NCBI GenBank assembly: GCA_032718475.1
Contig: JAUCBJ010004507.1
Span: 34,704 to 98,703 of the forward strand
Direction: 5' to 3'
DNA length: 64,000 nucleotides
Source: Nemertoderma westbladi
Lineage: Eukaryota; Animalia; Xenacoelomorpha
Part shown: one piece after another, positions 25,822 to 36,468 of the stretch
Layout of the letters: every line of letters starts with the position of its first letter
How positions within the stretch are numbered: position 1 is the first letter of the stretch
Translations under genes and position numbers: made by a program
Notes under the pieces: generated by a model
The model's input: only the letters and a program-made list of their open reading frames with translations
Databases searched by the model: none
Told to the model about the DNA's origin: nothing

Positions 25822-27912
25822 TTCTGTGTGAGCCTGGGGGGGGGTGCAGAAGGGCTCGCTACGCCTCTGTGTGAGCCTGGAGGGGGGCGCGCCAGAAGGG
25901 CTCGCTACGCCTCTGTGTGAGCCTGGAGGGGGGCGCACCAGAAGGGCTCGCTACGCCTCTGTGTGAGCCTTGAGGGGGGCGCGCCAGAAGGGCTCGCTAC
26001 GCCTCTGTGTGAGCCGGGAGGGGGGGCGCGCCAGAAGGGCTCGCTATGGCTCTGTGTGAGCCTGGAGGGGGGCGCGCCAGAAGGGCTCGCTACGGCTCTG
26101 TGTGAGCCTGGGGGGGGGGGGGGGGCAGAAGGGCTCACTACGGCTCTGTGTGACCCTGGGGGGGGGGGGGGGGGCGCCAGAAGGGCTCGCTATGCCTCTG
26201 TGTGAGCCTGGAGGGGGGCGCGCCAGAAGGGCTCGCTACGCCTCTGTAAGCCTGGAGGGGGGTGCGCCAGAAGGGCTCGCTACGCCTCTGTGTGAGCCTG
26301 GCGGGGGGCGCGCCAGAAGGGCTCGCTACGCCTCTGTGTAAGCCTGGAGGGGGGCGCGCCAGAAGGGCTCGCTACGCCTCTGTGTGAGCCTGGAGGGGGG
26401 CGCGCCAGAAGGGCTCGCTACGCCTCTGTGTGAGCCTGGAGGGGGGCGCGCCAGAAGGGCTCGCTACACCTCTGTGTGAGCCTGGAGGGGGGCGTGCCAG
26501 AAGGGCTCGCTACGCCTCTGTGTGAGCCTGGAGGGAGGCGCGCCAGAAGGGCTCTCTACGCCTCTGTGTGAGCCTGGAGGGGGGCACGCCAGAAGGGCTC
26601 GCTACGCCTCTGTGTGAGCATGGAGGGGGGCGCGCCAGAAGGGCTCGCTACGCCTCTGTGTGAGCCTGGGGGGGGGGGCGCCAGAAGGGCTCGCTACGCC
26701 TCTGTGTGAGCCTGGAGGGGGGCGTGCCAGAAGGGCTCGCTACGCCTCTGTGTGAGCCTGGAGGGGGCCTCGCCAGAAGGGCTCGCTACGCCTCTGTGTT
26801 ACCCTGGAGGGGGGTGCGCCAGAAGGGCTCGCTACGCTACGCCTCTGTGTGAGCCTGGAGGGGGGCACGCCAGAAGGGCTCGCTACGCCTCTGTGTGAGC
26901 CTGGAGGGGGGCGCGCCAGAAAGGCTCGCTACGCCTCTGTGTGAGCCTGGAGGGGGGCGCGCCAGAAAGGCTCGCTACGCCTCTATGTGAGCCTGGAGGG
27001 GGGCGCGCCAGAAAGGCTCGCTACGCCTCTGTGTGAGCCTGGAGGGGGGCGCGCCAGAAGGGCTCGCTACGCCTCTGTGTGAGCCTGGAGGGGGGCGCGC
27101 CAGAAGGGCTCGCTACGCCTCTGTGTGAGCCTGGAGGGGGGCGCGCCAGAAAGGCTCGCTACGCCTCTGTGTGAGCCTGGAGGGGGGCGCGCCAGAAAGG
27201 CTCGCTACGCCTCTATGTGAGCCTGGAGGGGGGCGCGCCAGAAAGGCTCGCTACGCCTCTGTGTGAGCCTGGAGGGGGGCGCGCCAGAAGGGCTCGCTAC
27301 GCCTCTGTGTGAGCCTGGAGGGGGGCGCGCCAGAAAGGCTCGCTACGCCTCTATGTGAGCCTGGAGGGGGCTCTCCAGAAAGGCTCGCTACGCCTCTGTG
27401 TGAGCCTGGAGGGGGGCGCGCCAGAAAGGCTCGCTACGCCTCTGTGTGAGCCTGGAGGGGGGCGCGCCAGAAAGGCTCGCTACGCCTCTATGTGAGCCTG
27501 GAGGGGGGCGCGCCAGAAAGGCTCGCTACGCCTCTGTGTGAGCCTGGAGGGGGGCGCGCCAGAAAGGCTCGCTACGCCTCTGTGTGAGCCTGGAGGGGGG
27601 CGCGCCAGAAAGGCTCGCTACGCCTCTGTGTGAGCCTGGAGGGGGGCGCGCCAGAAGGGCTCGCTACGCCTCTGTGTGAGCCTGGAGGGGGGCGCGCCAG
27701 AAGGGCTCGCTACGCCTCTGTGTGAGCCTTGAGGGGGGCGCGCCAGAAGGGCTCGCTACGCCTCTGTGTGAGCCTGGAGGGGGGCGCGCCAGAAGGGCTC
27801 GCTACGCCTCTGTGTGAGCCTGGAGGGGGGCGCGCCAGAAGGGCTCGCTACGCCTCTGTGTGAGCCTGGAGGGGGGCGCGCCAGAAGGGCTCGCTACGCC
27901 TCTGTGTGAGCC
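25822..27912. repeat. 46-bp GC-rich minisatellite (GAGCCTGGAGGGGGGCGCGCCAGAAGGGCTCGCTACGCCTCTGTGT)n
   Basis: 46-bp periodicity, about 45 copies; the unit contains the transposon TIR and TSD. Confidence 0.97.
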
Positions 27913-28283
27913 TTCGCATCTATTTGAGTTTGAAATTAAATGTATTTGCGGGTTTGGAATCCTCCAAGATCCCCTATACTAAGGTGGTCTTGGACTGGTC
28001 TTGGGGGTCTCCTACTCTAAGGACAAAGAATATCTGTTGAGCAAAAGTTTGTATAGAAAACTTATAATGTTAAAATATAAATGTTGACCCATGTTATAGA
28101 AATTAATAGGCTCATGCTATATTGATCTGTTGAAGCAAATTTAATTCGTGGGGAATTATGATTTTGTCCCGTGGATTGTCGCTGTGACATGAACTGCCAC
28201 TGTAGATATTCCCGGCATGTTAAAGTTTGTAGAGGTTTGTTTGAGAGTTTGTAAAATTCCTAAAAATCGTTTACACACACACA

Positions 28284-28511
28284 GGTACGCAGCAATCTAC
28301 GCCCTCACAATGTGCAACTATCGCCCGGCGGAAACCTTCGCCCACACGCAATCTTCGCCCGCGAGCAACCTTCGCCAAATAAACAATTATTGTTTTGGTT
28401 AGAAACAGCCGCCTCTGTAACCCGGGCGATGTTTCCCCCGGGCGAAGGTTGTACGCGGGCGAAGATTGGACGCGGGCGAAGGTTGTACGCGGGCGAAGAT
28501 TGCACCCGACC
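28284..28511. mobile_element. MULE-like MITE
   Basis: GG...CC termini with imperfect TIR, inverted subterminal repeats CAATCTTCGCCC / GGGCGAAGATTG, flanked on both sides by CACACACACA (10-bp putative TSD). Confidence 0.65.
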
Positions 28512-29918
28512 CACACACACAGCTAGTTTTAGTTTGGTTGAGGTATACTAATGACAGGCATCACTACAACAGTTGCGTCACTACAACATTAATTACAATT
28601 TTTTGGTACCCTTACTGTTGTACATATGGTTGATTCGGACCAGAAGGTTGGTAATTTGAATTTTATAATTTCGATAATTTGTATTCATGTCAAAGTGTAG
28701 CAATTTTCAATTAATTTAAACAAATTCGAGTATATATTTGTTTTAAATTAAACATATTCGAATATTCTTGTATATATATTTAGTGATTTAAAATTCACAC
28801 GGTAGAACTCGTAGAGCACACCAAATTAAGTATATAAACCTAAAAACTACAGTAGGCCCTATATCAAATAATTAAGGGGGGGGGGGTATACCCCCCCATG
28901 AACCTGTTTTTAAAATGGCTGTCAATTAGTGTTAAATGATAATATTGCTAATTTTTGTCATTGTCAACCACTGTATGGAAGGCCAAATAGCCTTTATAGT
29001 AAAATTTGAAAATTTATAGCCTCCCCCTAGCGGCTGGCGGCGGAATTAAAGATTTCACTAAAATTGCTACTAGTCCCTCAATTTCGGTCCAAATTTCTTG
29101 AAACCAACTTTTTTGGACTCAGCGTGATCGACTCTACAAAAGTTATCTTATAGAATTTTTAATTAGCCATTTTTATTTTAATTAATTAATTTAGCCCAGT
29201 AGGACAGGCCCGATAAGCATAGCCTATTCATTATTTAGTTGATCAAGAGTGGGTTGGTTTAACCCCGTCAACTAAATAAGTCATTGAGGTCTTTAAAATA
29301 CCTGAGTGTTTAAAGCTCATCTATCCCATCATCATCTAGCTCATCCACCTGACCTGACTCGGTCAGGTCAGGTACCCAGATCCTGCTACCACTATGGCAG
29401 TAATGTGGTAGTACCTGTAGCTGTCAGCCCAGTAGGGCAGGCCCGATAAGCATAGCCTATTCATTATTTAGTTGATCAAGAGTGGGTTGGTTCAGCCCCG
29501 TCAACTAAATAAGTCATTGAGGGCTATAGCGCCTAGGGCACCATTGAAGGCAAAGGCTTGATATGCATCTGCATTAGAGGTGATACAAGCCCCGTCCTGT
29601 CTATACTGGATGCTCCTCTACCTGTGTTAGGTAACCTAACCCAGGAGGCACACTTGGTTCAGGGTGTAACAAATGGACCCCTACAGTCGGCAGCAGGGCT
29701 GTAGGCCATGGATAGGCGGAAGGTAATCAACCAACGGCTAGACATGCTGACAAGGTCGGCGGAAGGTAATCAACCAACGGCGACCTACTGCGAAGACGCT
29801 TGTAGGAGTTGCGACCACAAGCGGTTTACTCCCGCAACTGAAAGATATGAGTATGAGAACCCTCCAGGAGAAATACCGGCTCGGTCGTCGCCCGGGTCAA
29901 CAATGACCGCGTCCCTCA

Positions 29919-31016
29919 GTGGTACACCAGGCTGGGGTCGATAAATTGGCTACTGGAACAGAAGACAGAGAAGAAAGAAGAATCAACCTGTTGAAATGTA
30001 AAAAGACACTAAATATTGCTACAATGAACGCACGCACGCTGAAAGCACAGAGCAAACAGGGTGACATGGTCGCTCTGGCAATGGAATATAACATCGACAT
30101 CATCTGCATCCAAGAACATCGGATTTGTCATGAAGACACTGCCATGAAGTACAATGACATTGGAAATGGATGGACGTTAGTAACAAGCTCAGCAGTAAGA
30201 AACTCGGCCAATGCATCAATTGGTGGAGTAGGAATTCTGCAAAGCCCATTTGCACTTAAGACCCTAAACAACATCGAATCTATAAATTCCAGGGTTATGA
30301 TCGCAACATTTGATGGGAATCCCAAGACAACAGTTATATGTTGCTACAGTCCAACCAATGCATCAGAGCCAGAACAAGCAGTCAAGTTTTATGAAGAACT
30401 GACTGGACTTATTAAGGACATCCCGAAACACAATGTTAAAGTCATTGCTGGTGACCTGAATGCGCAAATTGGCCCAGAAGACATCAAGGGTTACACCTAT
30501 AACACCAGTTCTAACAGAAATGGGTACTTACTTTTAGACCTAATGGAAGAATGTGAATTGATACCAACAAACAACACATTCGAAAAGAGTAAGGGGAAGC
30601 TATGGACCTTTCAATACCCTAATGGAACCAAAGCACAACTGGATTACATGATCAACTGCGAGGCATACAGCTCGTTCAACCTAATTGGTTCGGACCACAG
30701 AATTGTGACTGCAGAGATCAGACTCAGTTTGAGAGCCAGCAAACCCAGGACAAGCAGGCGGATCAACTATGACTGGGAGAAACTCAGAACTGACAATGCT
30801 GTAAAGGATGCTTATACAGTAGAAGTTCAAAACCGCTTTGAAGCACTTCAGTCAATGGATGAAGACCAATCCACCGATTCAATATACCAGAATATAACAA
30901 CACATCACAATACAAGGAATCAGCTAAGAGGCATATCCCCCAGAAACCTAAACGAAAACAGTATGTGCCATGGCAAAACTCTGAGGTTACTTGTAAGAGA
31001 GAAGATCTTAAGATAG
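29919..31016 (+). pseudogene. RTE APE-type endonuclease (5' part of frameshifted ORF)
   Basis: ATMNARTL, ICIQEHR, GGVG, CYSPT, AGDLNA, QLDY, SDH motifs. Frameshift near 30900; apparent short deletion after QLDY. Confidence 0.9.
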
Positions 31017-32863
31017 CCTACAAAGTTAAAACCGAACAACCAACAACCAAAAACATTAACAAGGTTGAGAAAGCTAAGGACGATCTTAAATTGGCCTACA
31101 ATATCAGCCAGGAAAAGTACATACAGGATAAAACTGAAGCAATTACAACTGCTCACATACAGCAACAATCAAGACTTACCTGGCAAACTGTAAATGAGGT
31201 ATCTGGTCGGAAAAGTTGTGCAAAGGGGCGCCTCAAAGCCGATAGTCCTGAAGAACGTGTTGGGAAGTGGAAAAATCACTTCAGCAACTTGCTTGGGCAG
31301 CCACCAAACATCGAGGTCAGCCCTACAAGGAAAATATATGACAAGACACTACCTATAGAAACAGGGGACTTCACACCTGCCGAACTCCAAAGAAGCATTA
31401 AAAGCATGTCCAATAATAAAGCGAGTGGATTAGATGAAATCCCAGCGGAGGTATGGAAAACCGGAGTGCTAAATAGACCATTATTGAATGTTTGCAACCG
31501 GATGTTAAAAGGGGAAAAGCCACCACCAATTTGGACTAAAGGTCAACTAAAGCCTCTCCCCAAGAAAGGAGACCTCGGCATACCAACAAACTATCGTGGG
31601 ATCTGTCTGCTTGTGGTAGCTGCCAAAATATACAATAAAATGATTCTATATAGGATTAGGCCTCACATAGAGAAACTACTGCGTAAGAGCCAAAACGGAT
31701 TTCGACCAAGTAGATCAACAATAGCTCAGATACTTGCACTACGGAGACTGATTGAAGGAATTAAGTCAAAGAATCTCCCCGCAGTCATGACTTTTGTGGA
31801 CTTCAAGAAGGCATTCGACTCCATCCATAGAGGTAAAATGCTTGAAATCCTAAGAGCTTATGGAATACCAGAAGTAATTGTTGCTGGCATTGGATTGTTA
31901 TATTGTGACACAGAAGCGCAGGTACTCTCACCAGATGGTGAAACTGAGTTTTTCTCAATCCTGGCTGGCGTACTGCAAGGTGACACATTAGCACCATTAC
32001 TATTTGTAATTGTGCTGGATTACGCAATTAGGACGGCCACAAAGGGTGAAGATCTGGGATTCACACTTCAAGAACGCAGAAGTAGTAGATATCCGGCAAC
32101 TACAGTCACAGAAACCGACTTTGCGGATGACATCGCCCTGCTCTCTAATACGCTAGCAGATGCACAGCTTCTACTAAATAAAGTGGAGAGGGCTGCTAAG
32201 GAGGTTGGATTGCATATAAATGCTACCAAGACCGAATTCATGACCTTTAATGTTGATGGAAACTTGACAACCATTGATAATAATCAACTAAGGAAGGTCG
32301 ATGACTTCCAGTACCTTGGATCATGGATAGAGAGTAGCAAAAAGGACATAGAAGTTAGGAAAGCAAAGGCTTGGGTAGCTCTATCAAAAATGGATACCAT
32401 CTGGAAATCAGATCTCTCCAGGCACCTGAAGACTAAGTTCTTTCGAGCCACAGTGGAAAGTGTATTTTTATACGGGGGTGAGACCTGGATATTGACTAAA
32501 TCACTTGAACAACGAATTGATGGTTGCTACACAAGACTACTAAGGGCAGCCCTAAACATCAGCTGGAGACAACACATGACAAACGCCGAGCTTCATGGTA
32601 CAATACCTCCAGTATCAACCACCCTCCGTGAACGCAGATTAAGATTCAGTGGGCACTGCTGGCGAAGTAAAGACGAGGTCATACCAGATCTACTTCTCTG
32701 GCAACCAACTCATGGAAAGCGTAGTCGTGGACGACCTGCCATAACATATATAGATCAACTTGAAAGGGATACTGAACTTGGGAGAAACGAAATTGCGACA
32801 ACTATGGAGAATCGGGAAGCCTGGAAGGATCTCATTTCCACTGTCCGAGTTCGCTCGACCTAG
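30965..32863 (+). CDS. RTE reverse transcriptase (3' part of frameshifted ORF)
   Basis: KASGLD, NYRGICL, QNGFR, FVDFKKAFDS, GVLQGDTLAP, FADD, FQYLGS motifs. Confidence 0.93.
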   Translation: MPWQNSEVTCKREDLKIAYKVKTEQPTTKNINKVEKAKDDLKLAYNISQEKYIQDKTEAITTAHIQQQSRLTWQTVNEVSGRKSCAKGRLKADSPEERVGKWKNHFSNLLGQPPNIEVSPTRKIYDKTLPIETGDFTPAELQRSIKSMSNNKASGLDEIPAEVWKTGVLNRPLLNVCNRMLKGEKPPPIWTKGQLKPLPKKGDLGIPTNYRGICLLVVAAKIYNKMILYRIRPHIEKLLRKSQNGFRPSRSTIAQILALRRLIEGIKSKNLPAVMTFVDFKKAFDSIHRGKMLEILRAYGIPEVIVAGIGLLYCDTEAQVLSPDGETEFFSILAGVLQGDTLAPLLFVIVLDYAIRTATKGEDLGFTLQERRSSRYPATTVTETDFADDIALLSNTLADAQLLLNKVERAAKEVGLHINATKTEFMTFNVDGNLTTIDNNQLRKVDDFQYLGSWIESSKKDIEVRKAKAWVALSKMDTIWKSDLSRHLKTKFFRATVESVFLYGGETWILTKSLEQRIDGCYTRLLRAALNISWRQHMTNAELHGTIPPVSTTLRERRLRFSGHCWRSKDEVIPDLLLWQPTHGKRSRGRPAITYIDQLERDTELGRNEIATTMENREAWKDLISTVRVRST

Positions 32864-34409
32864 TAGTAGTAATTAATTTAATTAATTAATTATCATATTT
32901 TTAATTAAAATTGGCTAATTAGAAAAAAAGGTAATATTTATCAAAATTCCATAAGATAACTTTTAAAGAGCTTCCAAAGCTCGTTCGAATGAGCCATAAA
33001 CGAAGAAAATTGGTTAAAAAATGACGGAGGAGTAGTAATTTGAAAATAAAAAATGTTATTCCGAGAAAATGCCCTTCAAAGTTTAAACCGTCGTCCCGCC
33101 AAAACTGGCTGTCTGTGTTCTGGTTGGTTAATTATTTTTGGCACGAAGGATGCACACCAAAGAGCTAACATTTTTATTACGGGGGCTTTTGAGGTCGCTG
33201 ATTCCATTTCCGATGTCAGTTTTAATGTTTGGTGGAATCTAGTCTGTCTGTCTGTCTGTCGGTCTTCTGTCTTTCTTACAATTTGACGGACAGACTGACA
33301 TACATTAAAACAGTTATAACTCGAGAACTAAAGCAGGTCTCACTAAGCGGTTTTCAGATTTGTAATCCTCATTAAATTCTGCTCTAGACGAAATAAAGAA
33401 ACAAGAATTTCAAAATTTTAGCAAAGGGGGGGTATACCCCCCCCCCCCCCCCCTTAAGTACGGGCCTACAGTTGTAAAAATTACGCAAATAAGGCACAAA
33501 ATGCACATAACTAATAATGAGAAAGAAAAAAACATTATAGTAAAAATATACATTGTATAAAAATTGTGCAAAAACTGGCTAATTCTTCTGTTTTAATGGA
33601 CAATGCAATGAAAGAAATGTAGTCCATTTAATTTATTTGAATACTTGTACCTTAGTTAGGGAGTTTGACTGGATAGGTCTCGACTATATTTCATCTCGAA
33701 TATATTGTTGTTTATATTAAAAATTAATTTGAATTTCTTCATTTGAATGAACTGAGCTTAAAGATGAATTATTGTTATTGTAAAATGAAAATGAATTCAA
33801 CAATAAAATATGTAGCGCACTTCCACTGTGGACAGATAAAGGTCTACCTAGCAAGGCAACCAATACTATATGATTTAAGGACTGAACAACTACATGAAAT
33901 ACATTTATTAAAATATGTTATATTATGTAAACCATATGTAAGTTACCAATTTATTTATCTATTATATTTGCTTTCTTGATTTCTCATTAATTACAATGTG
34001 ATTCCTTATTAATTAGTCAAATATTAATAGACCATGTATATCCGATAAACAATACTTTACGCACAAAGGGGTATAATTGAACTGTGGACTTTATAAGAAA
34101 AATCAATTTCATAATACTGAGCCGCTTTATTACCAGAATAGCTAGTTACATCACCTGATTAAACCCTGGGGGCTGTATGAGGCTAAATTTATTTTTTTGA
34201 CAAGGCCGGATTTACCATAACCATGCTCATGGTGAAAGGTTCCACAGGGTCAAAGCTTCCACAAACATACATTATATTTATATAATATTGCGATAATGCG
34301 AATTGCTTTATATTATTCTATATTGTTACTGATTTGTGGGGCGAGCCACGAAGTTGGCGGAGCCTTAGCGAATTGACACTGTTAGGGGGTGGGTCAATTT
34401 ATGCAAATA

Positions 34410-34412
34410 GTT

Positions 34413-34469
<57 letters not shown>

Positions 34470-34505
34470 GTCGTCGTCGTCGTTGTCGTCGTCGTCGTCG
34501 TCGTT
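34410..34505. repeat. (GTC)n microsatellite
   Basis: About 30 trinucleotide units. Confidence 0.98.
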
Positions 34506-35507
34506 ACGATTTTGACATGCTAATAACTTTGTCGGATTTAAAGCTGCCAAGTTGAAAATTTGTAGGTATCAATATGAGCAAAAGTTGAGATTTTTGAGAG
34601 ACTTTCAGACACCATCAGTGCAATGGTCTCCCGCTAGAGGGCCACATGTCTAAACATTAAATGCCCTCCCATTTCTTTGCTTTTAATCCGTTTAAGCTGA
34701 AACTTGGCAGATATGTATTAGACCATTAGCTGTGACTTTCAAAGGAGGCGAATCCATCTGCAGTTCTCCAGTCTGCCGCTAGAGGGACAAAGGTCTGAAA
34801 GTGAAATCGTTGTCGTCGTTACGATTTTGACATGCTAATAACTTTGTCGGATTTAAAGCTGCCAAGTTGAAAATTTGTAGGTATCAATATGAGCAAAAGT
34901 TGAGATTTTTGAGAGACTTTCAGACACCATCAGTGCAATGGTCTCCCGCTAGAGGGCCACATGTCTAAACATTAAATGCCCTCCCATTTCTTTGCTTTTA
35001 ATCCGTTTAAGCTGAAACTTGGCAGATTTGTATTAGACCATTAGCTGTGACTTTCAAAGGAGGCGAATCCATCTGCAGTTCTCCAGTCTGCCGCTAGAGG
35101 GCCAAAGGTCTGAAAGTGAAATCGTTGTCGTCGTTACGATTTTGACATGCTAATAACTTTGTCGGATTTAAAGCTGCCAAGTTGAAAATTTGTAGGTATC
35201 AATATGAGCAAAAGTTGAGATTTTTGAGAGACTTTCAGACACCATCAGTGCAATGGTCTCCCGCTAGAGGGCCACATGTCTAAACATTAAATGCCCTCCC
35301 ATTTCTTTGCTTTTAATCCGTTTAAGCTGAAACTTGGCAGATATGTATTAGACCATTAGCTGTGACTTTCAAAGGAGGCGAATCCATCTGCAGTTCTCCA
35401 GTCTGCCGCTAGAGGGCCAAATGTCTGAAAGTGAAATCGTTGTCGTCGTTATGATATTGACATGCTTATAACTTTGTCGAATTTAAAGCTGCCAAGTTGA
35501 AAATTTG
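34500..35507. repeat. 315-bp tandem repeat, three units plus a partial, each a diverged dimer
   Basis: Unit start CGTTA(C/T)GAT recurs at 34502, 34817, 35132 and 35447; CCGCTAGAGGG occurs twice per unit. Confidence 0.95.
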
Positions 35508-36468
35508 TTTTGTTGAAAATCAGTTCAACAGTCACCCGCTATAGGACTACTTTATGCCTGAAAGTGAATAGATTCTCCCGTCTCATTGATTTTAATCAGT
35601 TTAAGCTGAATCTTGCCATATATTCTGGACCACATGCTGCGTCTTTGTGGGGGGGGGGGGGGGGGGGAGATTTAATCGGTCTACCGCTACGACGAAATTT
35701 CTGAAAGTGAGATCCGTCTCTCATTTCGTTATCCGTTATTCAAGATGAAACTTGGCCGATGTACGTATGTACTATTCATCCATAGGCTGTGTCTTTGTGG
35801 GGCTGGAGACCCTAATCCATCTTCAGTTCTCACTATACCGCTAGAGTCAGAAATGTCTGAATAGAAATGAAAGAGGTAAAAAGTGATTAGGCGAAATCTG
35901 CTTAAAATTTGCTAATACAGTAATACTTTCGAATTAGTACTTAAATTAAATTTAAGTCACGTGCTGCGCGAAGGCCCCACTTCGTGTAGCAGTTATACTT
36001 TTTATTGGTTGGTAAGCCGTTTGCGGTTTCTCACTTTTGTAAATTATTAATTGCAGTGCAAACATATTAGGAATACTGTAATATGCATAATAAATATGAA
36101 GATATACAACAAATTAGCATTATCATAAAATAGTATATTATATTACATAATTAAGTTAATAATTTAATTATGATATTGTAACTATATGGAATCCATATAG
36201 GTTAATGTAATGTTAAGTAATCTATGTGTGTAATTTGATAAAGTTGTGTTGTAATGTAATTGTTGTGGCATGGAATATCCAAACAGATACAACTCTGAAT
36301 TGGAAAGTCGGAAGTACCATGCGGGCAGACATATTAGTCATTAGTTATTAGCCTTAGGGATTAGTTAAGTCTATAGCTACGGTTAGCCGTATATGTTATA
36401 TACTATTTGACCTTCTTACAATATGATTATGCTTTGAACAAGTTCGCTAAGTAACCAACGAAATTTTT

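Larger units (their letters stand above)
24773..27904. mobile_element. hAT-like non-autonomous DNA element with tandemly amplified right end
   Basis: TIR CAGAGGCGTAGCGAG (24773) / CTCGCTACGCCTCTG (ending 27904); 8-bp target duplication TGTGAGTC (24765-24772) / TGTGAGCC (27905-27912). Confidence 0.75.
29194..32870 (+). mobile_element. Near full-length RTE-clade non-LTR retrotransposon
   Basis: About 700-bp 5' leader, APE endonuclease plus RT coding region, (TAG)n tail overlapping the stop codon, AT-rich target duplication AATTAATTTA on both sides. Confidence 0.93.
28876..33453. mobile_element. Kolobok-like non-autonomous DNA element interrupted by an RTE LINE
   Basis: TTAA at 28872-28875 and 33454-33457; termini G(n)TATAC(n) at both ends; internal inverted match AAAGTTATCTTAT (about 29140) / ATAAGATAACTTT (about 32951). 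Confidence 0.65.
34334..36003 (+). mobile_element. Non-autonomous Helentron/DINE-1-like element (HINE) with microsatellite and central tandem repeats
   Basis: TT-GTGGGGCGAGC head at 34336, (GTC)n microsatellite, 315-bp central repeats, GCCCCAC at 35974, short hairpin then T-run. Confidence 0.72.

Noticed and set aside
29560-29620. Twister ribozyme around GATACAAGCCCC
   Set aside because: Could not assemble the P1/P2 stems or the pseudoknots.
34334-34555. Poly-Arg and poly-Asp ORFs
   Set aside because: These are translations of the (GTC)n microsatellite.
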